A model generated the notes under the pieces. It saw only the letters and a program-made list of their open reading frames with translations, did not search any database and was not told the DNA's origin. Position numbers and translations under genes: made by a program. This document shows positions 43,404 to 51,620 of a stretch of DNA of 64,000 nt, piece after piece; within the stretch, counting starts at the first letter, position 1; the number at the start of each line of letters is the position of its first letter. This DNA comes from Klebsiella pneumoniae. GTDB taxonomy: Bacteria > Myxococcota_A > UBA796 > SXON01. The DNA is taken from assembly GCA_945862325.1 (NCBI GenBank), contig CAMAXZ010000018.1:15131-79130 (forward strand). Reading direction: 5' to 3'.

Positions 43404-45785
43404 TTGCCAGACCCCGCCGTGACGGACGCCGAAAGCGCCCCTGTGACCTCGACCGAACCCGAGGTGGCCCCGGCCGAGGCGGCGCCTTCGGCGCTGCCCG
43501 ACGCGCCGGCCGCCACCGAGGCGCCGGCCGCGGCCGAGGCGCCCGACGCCTCGACCGCCGCCGCGGAGCTCAAGCTCAAGCGCGTGTCCGAGTGGACGAG
43601 CGACCGCTCCTTCGCCGACTTTCCCATCAGCCCCGAAGTGCTCAAGGGCGTCCGGGAGCTCGGCTACGACATGGCGACGCCGGTACAGGCCGCCACGATC
43701 GACCCCGCCCTGGCCGGGCGCGACCTCCTCGTGCGCGCCAAGACGGGCACCGGAAAGACCGCGGCGTTCTGCGTGCCGGTCGTCGAGCGTGTCGAAGCGG
43801 GCGCCCGGAGCCCGCGCGCGATCGTCCTCGCCCCGACGCGCGAGCTCGCCATCCAGGTCGCGCAAGAGTGCGCCGGCATCGCGAAGTACAAGGACCTCCG
43901 CATCGCCGCGATCTACGGCGGCGTCGGGTTCGGCCCGCAGGAGCAGGCGCTCCGCGACGGCGCGGAGATCGTCGTCGGGACCCCGGGCCGCGTGCTCGAC
44001 CACGCGCGCCGCGGCACGCTCGACCTGTCCAAGGTCCAGTTCGCCGTGCTCGACGAGGCCGACGAGATGCTCTCCATGGGCTTCCTCGAGGACGTGAGGA
44101 AGATCCTCGATCGTACCCCGAAGGATCGCCAGAGCCTGTTCGTCAGCGCGACGATCAACGAGTCGATCAAGAACCTGATCCGGAGCTACCTGCGCGACCC
44201 CGAGGAGATCTACCTCTCGGTCGACGGCGACAACGTGAGCTCCATCGCCCACGTGCTCTACGAGACCTCGCCTGACTACCACAAGGCGCGCGCCCTGCTC
44301 GATCTCATCGAGAAGGAGCGTCCGCACAGCGCGATCATCTTCTGCAACACGCGCGAGGACGTCAACACCGTCTACACCTTCCTCGACCGCCAGGGCCTCG
44401 GCGTCGAGATGATCTCCGGCGAGCTGCCGCAGAGCCGCCGCGAGAAGGTGATGGCCCGCGTCAAGGCCGGCGCGGTGCAGTACCTCGTGTCCACCGACGT
44501 CGCGGCGCGCGGCATCGACATCTCGGACCTGTCGCACGTCGTCAACTACGCGCTCCCGGAAGATCCGAGCGTGTACCTGCATCGCTGCGGGCGGACCGGG
44601 CGCATCGGCAAGACCGGCACGGCGCTCACCCTCGCCGGCGGGGCGGACTTCAGCACGCGCCTGACGCTCGAGCGGCAGCACAAGATCCTGTTCGAAGTAC
44701 GCGAGCTGCCCACCCCGCAAGAGAGCCGCCAGCTCCAGGCGGAGCGCATCGCGCGGCAGATGCGCGAAGCGGCCGGCAACATGGCGTACGAGGCCTACGT
44801 CGAGGTGGCGAAGCTCCTGCGGGACCGCCCCGACTCCGACGTGGTCCTCGCGGTCGCGGTGCGCGCGTTCCAGATGTGGGACCGCCAACGCCGTATGCAG
44901 AACGCCGAGGAGTCGGAGGAGTCGCACGAGGGCGAGCGTCCGCGCGAGGAGCGGGACGAGCGCCCGCCGCGCGGCGATCGCGGCGATCGTCCCCCGCGTC
45001 GCGAGGACCGTGACGGTCGACGCGACGACCGCGGCCCGCGCCGCGACGACCGCCCCCGCGGCGAAGACCGCCCCCGCGAAGACCGCCCCCGCGGCGACGA
45101 CCGCCCGCGCGAAGACCGCCCCCGCGGCGACGACCGCCCCCGCGAAGACCGCCCCCGCGGTGAAGGTCGCCTCCGCGACGATCGCCCGCGCGACGACCGC
45201 CCCCGCGACGACCGCCCCCGCGACGATCGCCCGCGCGACGACCGCCCCCGCGAAGACCGCCCCCGCGAAGACCGCCCACGCGAAGACCGCCCCCGCGGCG
45301 ACGACCGCCCGCGCGAGGATCGCAAGCGCGAGGACCGTCCGCGCCGCGAGCCGCGTCCCGCGGACATCGCGCCGCCGAAGCCGCGCGACGAGGACGCGCC
45401 CGACGACGTCGAGCTCGAGTCCGACGAGGAGTCCGCCGATCCGACCGACGTGGCCGCGAGCGGCGGCGAAGACGGCGAGGCGAAGAAGAAGCGGCGCCGC
45501 CGGCGTCGCCGGAAGCCGGGCGCCCGTGAGGGTGGCGAGGGCGCCACGAGCGACACCGCCGCGAGCGACGGCGGCGCCGAGAGCGGCGACACGCCCGCCG
45601 ACGCCGCGGGCGCGCCGGAGGCCTCCGAACCCGGAGCCGAGGCGGAGTCGAGCGAAGGCGACGGGACCAAGCGCCGCCGCCGGCGCCGTCGTACGCCGCG
45701 CGAAGGTGGCGAGGCCCTCGCGGCGGGCGAAGGATCGGACGCGCCCAGCGGCGACGCGCCGACCAGCGGGTCATCCGAAGACTGA
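43404..45785 (+). CDS. DEAD-box ATP-dependent RNA helicase with long Arg/Asp/Pro-repeat C-terminal tail
   Basis: Q-motif F.DF...ATPVQ, AKTGTGKT, PTRELA, DEAD (VLDEADEM), SAT, ARGID and HRCGRTGR. TTG 43404 preceded by GGAGGAG. Confidence 0.9.
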   Translation: MPDPAVTDAESAPVTSTEPEVAPAEAAPSALPDAPAATEAPAAAEAPDASTAAAELKLKRVSEWTSDRSFADFPISPEVLKGVRELGYDMATPVQAATIDPALAGRDLLVRAKTGTGKTAAFCVPVVERVEAGARSPRAIVLAPTRELAIQVAQECAGIAKYKDLRIAAIYGGVGFGPQEQALRDGAEIVVGTPGRVLDHARRGTLDLSKVQFAVLDEADEMLSMGFLEDVRKILDRTPKDRQSLFVSATINESIKNLIRSYLRDPEEIYLSVDGDNVSSIAHVLYETSPDYHKARALLDLIEKERPHSAIIFCNTREDVNTVYTFLDRQGLGVEMISGELPQSRREKVMARVKAGAVQYLVSTDVAARGIDISDLSHVVNYALPEDPSVYLHRCGRTGRIGKTGTALTLAGGADFSTRLTLERQHKILFEVRELPTPQESRQLQAERIARQMREAAGNMAYEAYVEVAKLLRDRPDSDVVLAVAVRAFQMWDRQRRMQNAEESEESHEGERPREERDERPPRGDRGDRPPRREDRDGRRDDRGPRRDDRPRGEDRPREDRPRGDDRPREDRPRGDDRPREDRPRGEGRLRDDRPRDDRPRDDRPRDDRPRDDRPREDRPREDRPREDRPRGDDRPREDRKREDRPRREPRPADIAPPKPRDEDAPDDVELESDEESADPTDVAASGGEDGEAKKKRRRRRRRKPGAREGGEGATSDTAASDGGAESGDTPADAAGAPEASEPGAEAESSEGDGTKRRRRRRRTPREGGEALAAGEGSDAPSGDAPTSGSSED
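45043..45345 (+). repeat. In-frame tandem 15-nt repeats encoding about 20 copies of DRPR(E/D/G)
   Basis: Reiterated gaccgcccccgcga(a/c)/ggcgac units, translated as ...DRPREDRPRGDDRPREDRPRGDDRPRE...DRPRDDRPRDDRPRDD... Confidence 0.85.
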
Positions 45786-45804
45786 ACGCGGACGGCCCGC
45801 GGGG

Positions 45805-46224
45805 TCACTCCCCGCGGGTCTGCTCCATGCGCCACACGTCGAACACGCGCACACGCGCGCCGGACGCGCTGACCTTCGCGTGGCACGCCAGACGGTAGTC
45901 CGCGTTGTTCGGCCACTTCTCTTGCAGGAGGCGCGCCTCCGCCGCCGTCGGCGCAGCGAGCGCGGCCGCCCCGTCGAGCACCTGCACCCGACACCCGCCG
46001 CAGTGCCCATCCGGGCACCCCGTCGCGATCGGGGTCTCGAGGGTCTGCGACGCCATCACGAGCGTGTACTTCGCCTCGCAGGTGGCGCCGCGTGTCGCGC
46101 CGTCGGGCAACACGAACTCCACCGCGAGGGTGTCGTCGGCCGTGCGCCCGCCCGCTTGGCGCGCGTCTCCGGCCGGAAGGCCGAGCGCGCTCTTGATCCG
46201 ACTCCGAATCCCCCAGGGTGTCAT
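45805..46224 (-). CDS. 2Fe-2S ferredoxin-like protein
   Basis: Cys pattern CPDGHCGGC...(36 aa)...LAC (Cx4Cx2C...C). The ATG overlaps the upstream stop (ATGA). Confidence 0.6.
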   Translation of the reverse strand: MTPWGIRSRIKSALGLPAGDARQAGGRTADDTLAVEFVLPDGATRGATCEAKYTLVMASQTLETPIATGCPDGHCGGCRVQVLDGAAALAAPTAAEARLLQEKWPNNADYRLACHAKVSASGARVRVFDVWRMEQTRGE

Positions 46225-47078
46225 CGAGGCCCCTCGCGTTCGGCGTCCTCGAGCGCCGTCACCAGGTAGTCGAACGCATCCGAGACCGAATCGGTACGGA
46301 AGACGAGATCGAGGTCCCGCGGGGCGATCGTACCCCATTCGACCATCGCCTCGAGGTTGACGACCGACGACCAGTAGTCGCTGCCGAAGAGCACCATCGG
46401 GAGGGCCTTCTTGATCTTCCCGGTCTGACGCAGGGTGAGGACCTCGAAGAGCTCGTCGAACGTCCCGAACCCACCGGGCAAGATGACCATCGCCTTGGCG
46501 AGGTACGCGAACCAGTACTTGCGCATGAAGAAGTAGTGGAACTGGAACGCGAGCTCCGGCGTGACGTACGCGTTGACCTGCTCCTCGAAGGGCAACGAGA
46601 TGCCGAGGCCGACGCTGCGGCCCCCCGGAACGTCGGAGGCCCCGCGGTTCGACGCCTCCATGATGCCGGGACCACCGCCGGAGCACACGAGGTAGCGGCG
46701 CCCGCCGGTGCGCTCGAGGCTCCACGCGGTCAGGCGCGCGGCGAGCTCGCGCGTATCGGCGTAGTACCGGGCGAGCCGCACGCCACGCTCGGCCTGGCGG
46801 AGCTCGGCGACCACCCGCTCGCGGACCGTCGGGTCCACCGCGTGATCGAGATCGTGACGCGCCCGCGCCAGGGCGGCGTCGGCGTCCTCCGGCGAGCGGA
46901 TGCGCGCGCTGCCGAACATGACGATGGTGTCGCGGACCTCCTGCTCGAGGAAGCGGGCGCGGGGCTCCTCGTACTCACAGAGCAGGCGGATGTGCCGCGC
47001 CGCGGGAGAGTTGAGGAAGTTTAGATTCTTGTAGGCTTTTTCGGTGTGCGGCAATGGGTCCTCGAAGGGCGCGGGCAA
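46221..47078 (-). CDS. LOG/TIGR00730-family Rossmann protein (PpnN-like nucleotide 5'-monophosphate nucleosidase)
   Basis: KAYKNLNFLNSPAAR.IR...E...TIVMFGSAR...SGGGPGIMEA.N.GA...PGGFGTFDE..E..TL.Q. The TTG 47078 start is tentative. Confidence 0.8.
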   Translation of the reverse strand: MPAPFEDPLPHTEKAYKNLNFLNSPAARHIRLLCEYEEPRARFLEQEVRDTIVMFGSARIRSPEDADAALARARHDLDHAVDPTVRERVVAELRQAERGVRLARYYADTRELAARLTAWSLERTGGRRYLVCSGGGPGIMEASNRGASDVPGGRSVGLGISLPFEEQVNAYVTPELAFQFHYFFMRKYWFAYLAKAMVILPGGFGTFDELFEVLTLRQTGKIKKALPMVLFGSDYWSSVVNLEAMVEWGTIAPRDLDLVFRTDSVSDAFDYLVTALEDAEREGPR

Positions 47079-47252
47079 GCCGACGACGATAACCCGCGCC
47101 CCTCGCCGGTGAGGGGATTTCCGCGTGACGCCGCCTACTTGGACGACCGATCGACTTTTTTCGCGCGGCCGTGACGATCCGGGGCGCCGACGGTGTCCAA
47201 GCGTGCGAGGACGCCGACGCTCGCGCGGCGCCACGTTCCCCAAGAGGAGACC

Positions 47253-47798
47253 ATGAAGCCCAGCCTGTTCGCTCTGACCGTCCTGCCGCTGCTCGGCGGC
47301 TGCATCATCTTCGATCACAAGGGTCACCCCGGCCGCGAGCCCGACACCGCCGGGGTGTGGGACACGGCCGCCGACACCGACGACACCGACGACGACGCGG
47401 CGACGTTCCGTTTGAACCCCAACCTCGCGGAGCCCGGCACCACGTTCATCGCGTCCCTCACCGTGCGCGAGGGGGCGTTCGCCCTCGGGTCGGTCGCCGC
47501 GATCGACGTCTACGGGCCGGCCACGGTCGTCGCGACCTCCACGCGCCGCGGGGAGATCCTCGTCACGCTCACCACGGACGCGGACGCGCCGGTCGGGGCC
47601 ACGGTCGACTTCCTGCTGCACACCGACACCGACGTCGTGCTCGCCGCCGACCTCCTGACGATCGTCGCCACGGGCTCGACGGACGACGGGACGGGCGATG
47701 ACGGGTCCGACGGGTCCGACGGGTCCGACGGGTCCGACGGCTCCGACGGGTCCGACGGCTCCGACGACACCGACGGCTCCGGCGGGAATGGCTGCTGA
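47253..47798 (+). CDS. Acidic lipoprotein with C-terminal (GSD)n repeat
   Basis: ATG preceded by AAGAGGAG. Lipobox LLGGC. The C-terminus is DGSDGSDGSDGSDGSDGSDGSDD. Confidence 0.7.
   Translation: MKPSLFALTVLPLLGGCIIFDHKGHPGREPDTAGVWDTAADTDDTDDDAATFRLNPNLAEPGTTFIASLTVREGAFALGSVAAIDVYGPATVVATSTRRGEILVTLTTDADAPVGATVDFLLHTDTDVVLAADLLTIVATGSTDDGTGDDGSDGSDGSDGSDGSDGSDGSDDTDGSGGNGC
47699..47766 (+). repeat. Tandem 9-nt repeat (gacgg[gc]tcc) x7 encoding (DGS)n
   Basis: Direct reading of 47699-47766. Confidence 0.85.
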
Positions 47799-48351
47799 GA
47801 GCGCGCGCTTCGTGGCCGCCCCCGCGCTCGGCGCGCGGGCGGCTGCGCCGTCGCTGGACATTCCGGCGTTGTACCGGAACTACGGCGACCTCGTCCTCGG
47901 CCGTTGCCGGACGTTGCTCCGCAACGAGGCCGACGCGCAGGACGCTGCGCAAGAGGTGTTCTTGAAGGTGCACCGCTACCGCGAGAGCTTCCGCGGCGAG
48001 TCCTCTCCCTCCACCTTCCTCTACCGCGTCACCACGACCACCTGCCTCAACCGAATCCGCTCGCGCCGCCGCCGACCGGAGGACCCGGTGGAGGAGCTGC
48101 CGGAGCCCGTCGGTCCGACCGACTCGATGCTCGACGCCCTCGCCGTGCGCGACCTGCTGGAGCGCCTGCTCGCCGGCGCCGACGAGCGCACCCAGGCCTG
48201 CGTGGTGTACCACTACGTGGACGGCATGACCCACGACGAGATCGGCGAGCTGGTCGGCATCACCGGCGGCGCCGTCCGCAAGCGCATCTCCACCTTTCGC
48301 GCCGAGCTCCGGGACTCTCCCCCCCCGTGGCTCGCGGAGATCGAGCGATGA
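47788..48351 (+). CDS. ECF (sigma-70 family group IV) sigma factor
   Basis: Region 2 YGDLVLGRCRTLLRNEADAQDAAQEVFLKV... and region 4 HTH MTHDEIGELVGITGGAVRKRI. Overlaps the upstream gene by 11 nt. Confidence 0.85.
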   Translation: MAAESARFVAAPALGARAAAPSLDIPALYRNYGDLVLGRCRTLLRNEADAQDAAQEVFLKVHRYRESFRGESSPSTFLYRVTTTTCLNRIRSRRRRPEDPVEELPEPVGPTDSMLDALAVRDLLERLLAGADERTQACVVYHYVDGMTHDEIGELVGITGGAVRKRISTFRAELRDSPPPWLAEIER

Positions 48352-49070
48352 ACCATCTCTCTACCTTGAAGCTCCATCGTCTCCGCCTCGGCGAGATCGG
48401 GGCCGACGACGACGCGCGGGCCCGCGCGCACCTCGCCTCCTGCGAGGCCTGCGCCCGCCGCTTCGACGCTCAGCTCGAGACGCGGCTCGCGTTCGCCCGC
48501 GCCCCCGTGCCTCCGGCGCTCGCGCCGATCGTGGCCCCGGAGCCGACGCCGTGGGCGAGCCTGACCGCGAGCCTGCGGAGCTTCGTCGCCCCGATCGGGC
48601 TCGTCGCCGCCGCGGCCGCCGTCATGCTCGCCGTCCTTCCGACGAGCTCGCCGGACGCGCCGCCCGCGGAGGTGCCCCTCGACACGGTCCGGACGAAGGG
48701 CTTCGTGCCGACGCTCGAAGCGTGGGTGCAGGCCGGCGACGCGCCGCGGCCGGTGTACACCGGCGAGCGGCTGCGCGCGGGCACGCGGGTGCAGTTGAAG
48801 GTCGACGCCGGTCATCGACGGTTCGTGACCCTCGCGGGTCGCGACGGGACCGGCGCGGTCGAGGTGTACGGCACGATTGCGGCGGAGGGCCCCGGGCCCA
48901 AGCCGGCCCCGTTCGCGCTCACCCTCGACGACAGCGACGGGGTCCAGACGTTCTACGCCGTGCTCACCGACGGCCGCCCGTCGCCCGACGCGCTCCGCGA
49001 CGCCCTCGCGCGGGAGCCGGTGCGCATCGAGCGCGCCGAGGTCGCCTCCGTCGCCGTGCTCAAGGAGTAG
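48348..49070 (+). CDS. Anti-sigma factor (zf-HC2-type N-terminus, one TM, extracytoplasmic domain)
   Basis: ATGA overlap with the sigma gene. H..(x)..C..C motif (HLASCEACARRF). TM helix VAPIGLVAAAAAVMLAVL. Confidence 0.75.
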   Translation: MNHLSTLKLHRLRLGEIGADDDARARAHLASCEACARRFDAQLETRLAFARAPVPPALAPIVAPEPTPWASLTASLRSFVAPIGLVAAAAAVMLAVLPTSSPDAPPAEVPLDTVRTKGFVPTLEAWVQAGDAPRPVYTGERLRAGTRVQLKVDAGHRRFVTLAGRDGTGAVEVYGTIAAEGPGPKPAPFALTLDDSDGVQTFYAVLTDGRPSPDALRDALAREPVRIERAEVASVAVLKE

Positions 49071-49071
49071 C

Positions 49072-50853
49072 GTGCTCACGCTTTTGTCGGGCTACGCCGC
49101 CGCCGCCGTCCTGCGCCACGCGCTCGTCGTGGGGGCGAACGACGGCGGAGGCGCGCTCGATCCGCTCCGCTACGCCGAGCTGGACGCCGAGCGGGTGTCC
49201 GACGTGCTCGTCGATCTCGGGGGCTTCGAGGCGCCGCACGTGACCGTGCTCTACGCCCCGAGCGTCGCCGAGCTGCGAGCGTCGCTGAAGGCGCACGCCG
49301 CGGTATCGGCCAGCTTCGACGAAGATCTCTTCATGTTGTACTACTCCGGGCACGCGGACGCCCGCGGCCTGCGGCTGGGCACCGAGATCTACCCGTTCGA
49401 AGAGCTCAAGTCCGAGCTGCGAAGCGTACCGGCGAACGTGCGCATCGGGGTGCTGGACGCGTGTCGGAGCGGGACGATCACCCGCCTCAAGGGCGCGGCG
49501 CTCTCCGAGCCGTTCCTCATGGAAGAGCGGCTGATGGCCGAGGGCGAAGCGTGGATGACCGCCACCAGCGCGGACGAGAGCGCCCAGGAGTCGGACCGCC
49601 TGCGCGGGAGCTTCTTCACGCACTATCTGCTGTCCGGGCTGCGCGGCGCCGCGGACACGGGGGACGGCGACGTCAGCCTCGACGAAGCCTACGCCTACGC
49701 GAGCGCGCGGGTGGTCGAGCAGACCGGTGGCACCGCGGCGGGCGCGCAGCACCCCATGTACAAGTACGGGTTGACGGGCCACGGCACCCTCGCGCTCACC
49801 CGCGTCACCGAAGGGCGCGCGACGGTGACCCTGCCGCCGGAGCTCGCGGGCGACATCGCCGTGATCCGCATGCCGGACCGCACCCCGGTGGCGGAGGTCG
49901 CGAAGAAGCCCGGCGTCTCCACGACCCTCGCGCTGCCCCCAGGCACCTACAAGCTGCGCCTGACGACCCCGACGCGCGAGCTGAGGGAGTCGATGATCGG
50001 GCTGAGCGACGGCAGCCGGGTCGTCGCGTCGCGCTGGGGCAGCGTCAGCGCCGAGAGCGGCACCGCGAAGGGCACGGGCGACCCCACCTTCGACGCGCTG
50101 GAGCTCGCCCGCATCGGCGGAGCGGAGAGCCTCGGGTGGGCGCAGACCGCGTTGAACGCTCAGGACCTCCGACAGAGCCCCCTGCTGGCCGGGAGCGCCT
50201 CTCTGTTGGTTCCGGGTGCCGGGCAGTTCTACAACGCGCAGTGGGTGAAGGGCGGCCTGTTGTTCGCCGGCACCTTCGCCCTCCTCGGCGGCTCGCTCCT
50301 CACCGGCGACGACGGTTTCTTTCGGGGCAGCGTCACCGGCCCGGACCCGCTGCGCCTCGGCGCGGCGATGCTCTACGGCTACGCGGTCGCCGACGCCGCG
50401 TGGATGACGCACAAGCGCGAGTCCGCGCCCCCCTCCGGGGGTTGGACCCTCGCCTCGAGCGCGGGGTGGGGCCCGCACGGCCCCGGCTCTCCGTGGGCCG
50501 CCGGCCTCAACGTCGAGTGGCTCGCGTCCCGGCACGTCACGTTCGCGCTCGACCGCGTCGGGTGGACCCGCGCCCCCGACGAGTCCAGCGCGTGGAGCCT
50601 CGGCGGGCGCGTGGGCGTGCCGATCCTCGCGGGTCCCCGCCTGCGCCCCCTCGCCTTCGCCGCGGTCGGCGCCCGGCTCCGCGACGCCCCCGGCGAGGCG
50701 CCCACGGTGGTGCCGGTCGTCGGCGCGGGGGCGCAGCTGCGTTGGTACCTGACCCCGCGGTACTTCATCGAGGCGGAGGGGCGCGCGGAGACCGAAGGCG
50801 ACGAGGTGGTCGGGCTGTACGGCGGCGGCCTGGGGGTGCACTTCGGGCGTTGA
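49072..50853 (+). CDS. Caspase (peptidase C14) domain protein with intact His/Cys dyad and C-terminal membrane/beta-rich module
   Basis: GTG preceded by AAGGAG, 1 nt after the anti-sigma stop. Motifs YYSGHAD (His) and GVLDACRSG (Cys). C-terminal LLVPGAGQFYNAQWVKGGLLFAG hydrophobic motif and a Gly/aromatic-rich end. Confidence 0.8.
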   Translation: MLTLLSGYAAAAVLRHALVVGANDGGGALDPLRYAELDAERVSDVLVDLGGFEAPHVTVLYAPSVAELRASLKAHAAVSASFDEDLFMLYYSGHADARGLRLGTEIYPFEELKSELRSVPANVRIGVLDACRSGTITRLKGAALSEPFLMEERLMAEGEAWMTATSADESAQESDRLRGSFFTHYLLSGLRGAADTGDGDVSLDEAYAYASARVVEQTGGTAAGAQHPMYKYGLTGHGTLALTRVTEGRATVTLPPELAGDIAVIRMPDRTPVAEVAKKPGVSTTLALPPGTYKLRLTTPTRELRESMIGLSDGSRVVASRWGSVSAESGTAKGTGDPTFDALELARIGGAESLGWAQTALNAQDLRQSPLLAGSASLLVPGAGQFYNAQWVKGGLLFAGTFALLGGSLLTGDDGFFRGSVTGPDPLRLGAAMLYGYAVADAAWMTHKRESAPPSGGWTLASSAGWGPHGPGSPWAAGLNVEWLASRHVTFALDRVGWTRAPDESSAWSLGGRVGVPILAGPRLRPLAFAAVGARLRDAPGEAPTVVPVVGAGAQLRWYLTPRYFIEAEGRAETEGDEVVGLYGGGLGVHFGR

Positions 50854-50902
50854 AGGTGCCTACGTTCTCCGAGACGCCGCAGCAGCGCGGCGGGAGGAGA
50901 TC

Positions 50903-51607
50903 ATGACGTTGTTCCTTATTCTCGTGGCGTGCGCGGCGCGCAACGGCGGCCTCGACGACCCCGGCTATGTCCCGCCGCCCATGAACGACACGCCGACCAC
51001 CCCGGTTCCGACCGGCCCCGAGGCCGACGACCCGACGGCGCAGGACGAAGCGCCCGCCACGATGGGTGAGCGGAGCGCGTTCGCCGCGCTGGAGCCCGCG
51101 CAGGGCGGCACCGTCAGCGGCTCGGTGACCTTCACCGAGACCTACCTGGACGCCGGGCTTACCATGCCGGACGACCCGATCGGCTTCACCGACGCGCCGC
51201 CCTCCGAGACGCGCATCCGCATCGAGCTCGAGGGCGCCCAACCGGGCGACGTCCACGTCCGCCTGCACGAGACCGGGAGCTGCGGGGGGGACCCCGGCGC
51301 CCCGCTGGATCTTTCGGGCGGCGCGATGAACGGTGGGATGAACGACGCGGGCGGCGCCTTCGGCGACGGCGCCGCGGGCGGAGGCTCGTCCACGGGCGGG
51401 GTCGGGCTCGCCGAGGGAGACCTGGGCACGGTCGTCATCGGCCCCGACGGCACCGGACGCAAGGACCTGACGCTGCGAAACCTCACGATCGGCGAAGGAC
51501 CGCGATCCTTGCTCGGGCGAACCGTGTTCGTGCGCGCCGGGGTCGGGGAATCGGGCGGCCGCGTGCTGTCGTGCGGCGTCATCGGCGGGAGCGTCGCGGC
51601 CCGCTGA
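50903..51607 (+). CDS. Cu/Zn-superoxide-dismutase-like lipoprotein with degenerate metal ligands
   Basis: Lipobox ILVAC. SodC-like blocks VHVRLHETGSC, EGDLGTV, GRTVFVRAG and RVLSCGVI, with most ligand His residues absent. Confidence 0.6.
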   Translation: MTLFLILVACAARNGGLDDPGYVPPPMNDTPTTPVPTGPEADDPTAQDEAPATMGERSAFAALEPAQGGTVSGSVTFTETYLDAGLTMPDDPIGFTDAPPSETRIRIELEGAQPGDVHVRLHETGSCGGDPGAPLDLSGGAMNGGMNDAGGAFGDGAAGGGSSTGGVGLAEGDLGTVVIGPDGTGRKDLTLRNLTIGEGPRSLLGRTVFVRAGVGESGGRVLSCGVIGGSVAAR

Positions 51608-51620
51608 GGCGGGCCCGGGC

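Noticed and set aside
45043-45345. Tandem repeats considered as a possible CRISPR array or minisatellite (also 47699-47766 and 63163-63222).
   Set aside because: The units are 6-15 nt, contiguous with no spacers, and in-frame inside well-supported CDSs, where they encode DRPRx, DGS and DT repeats.
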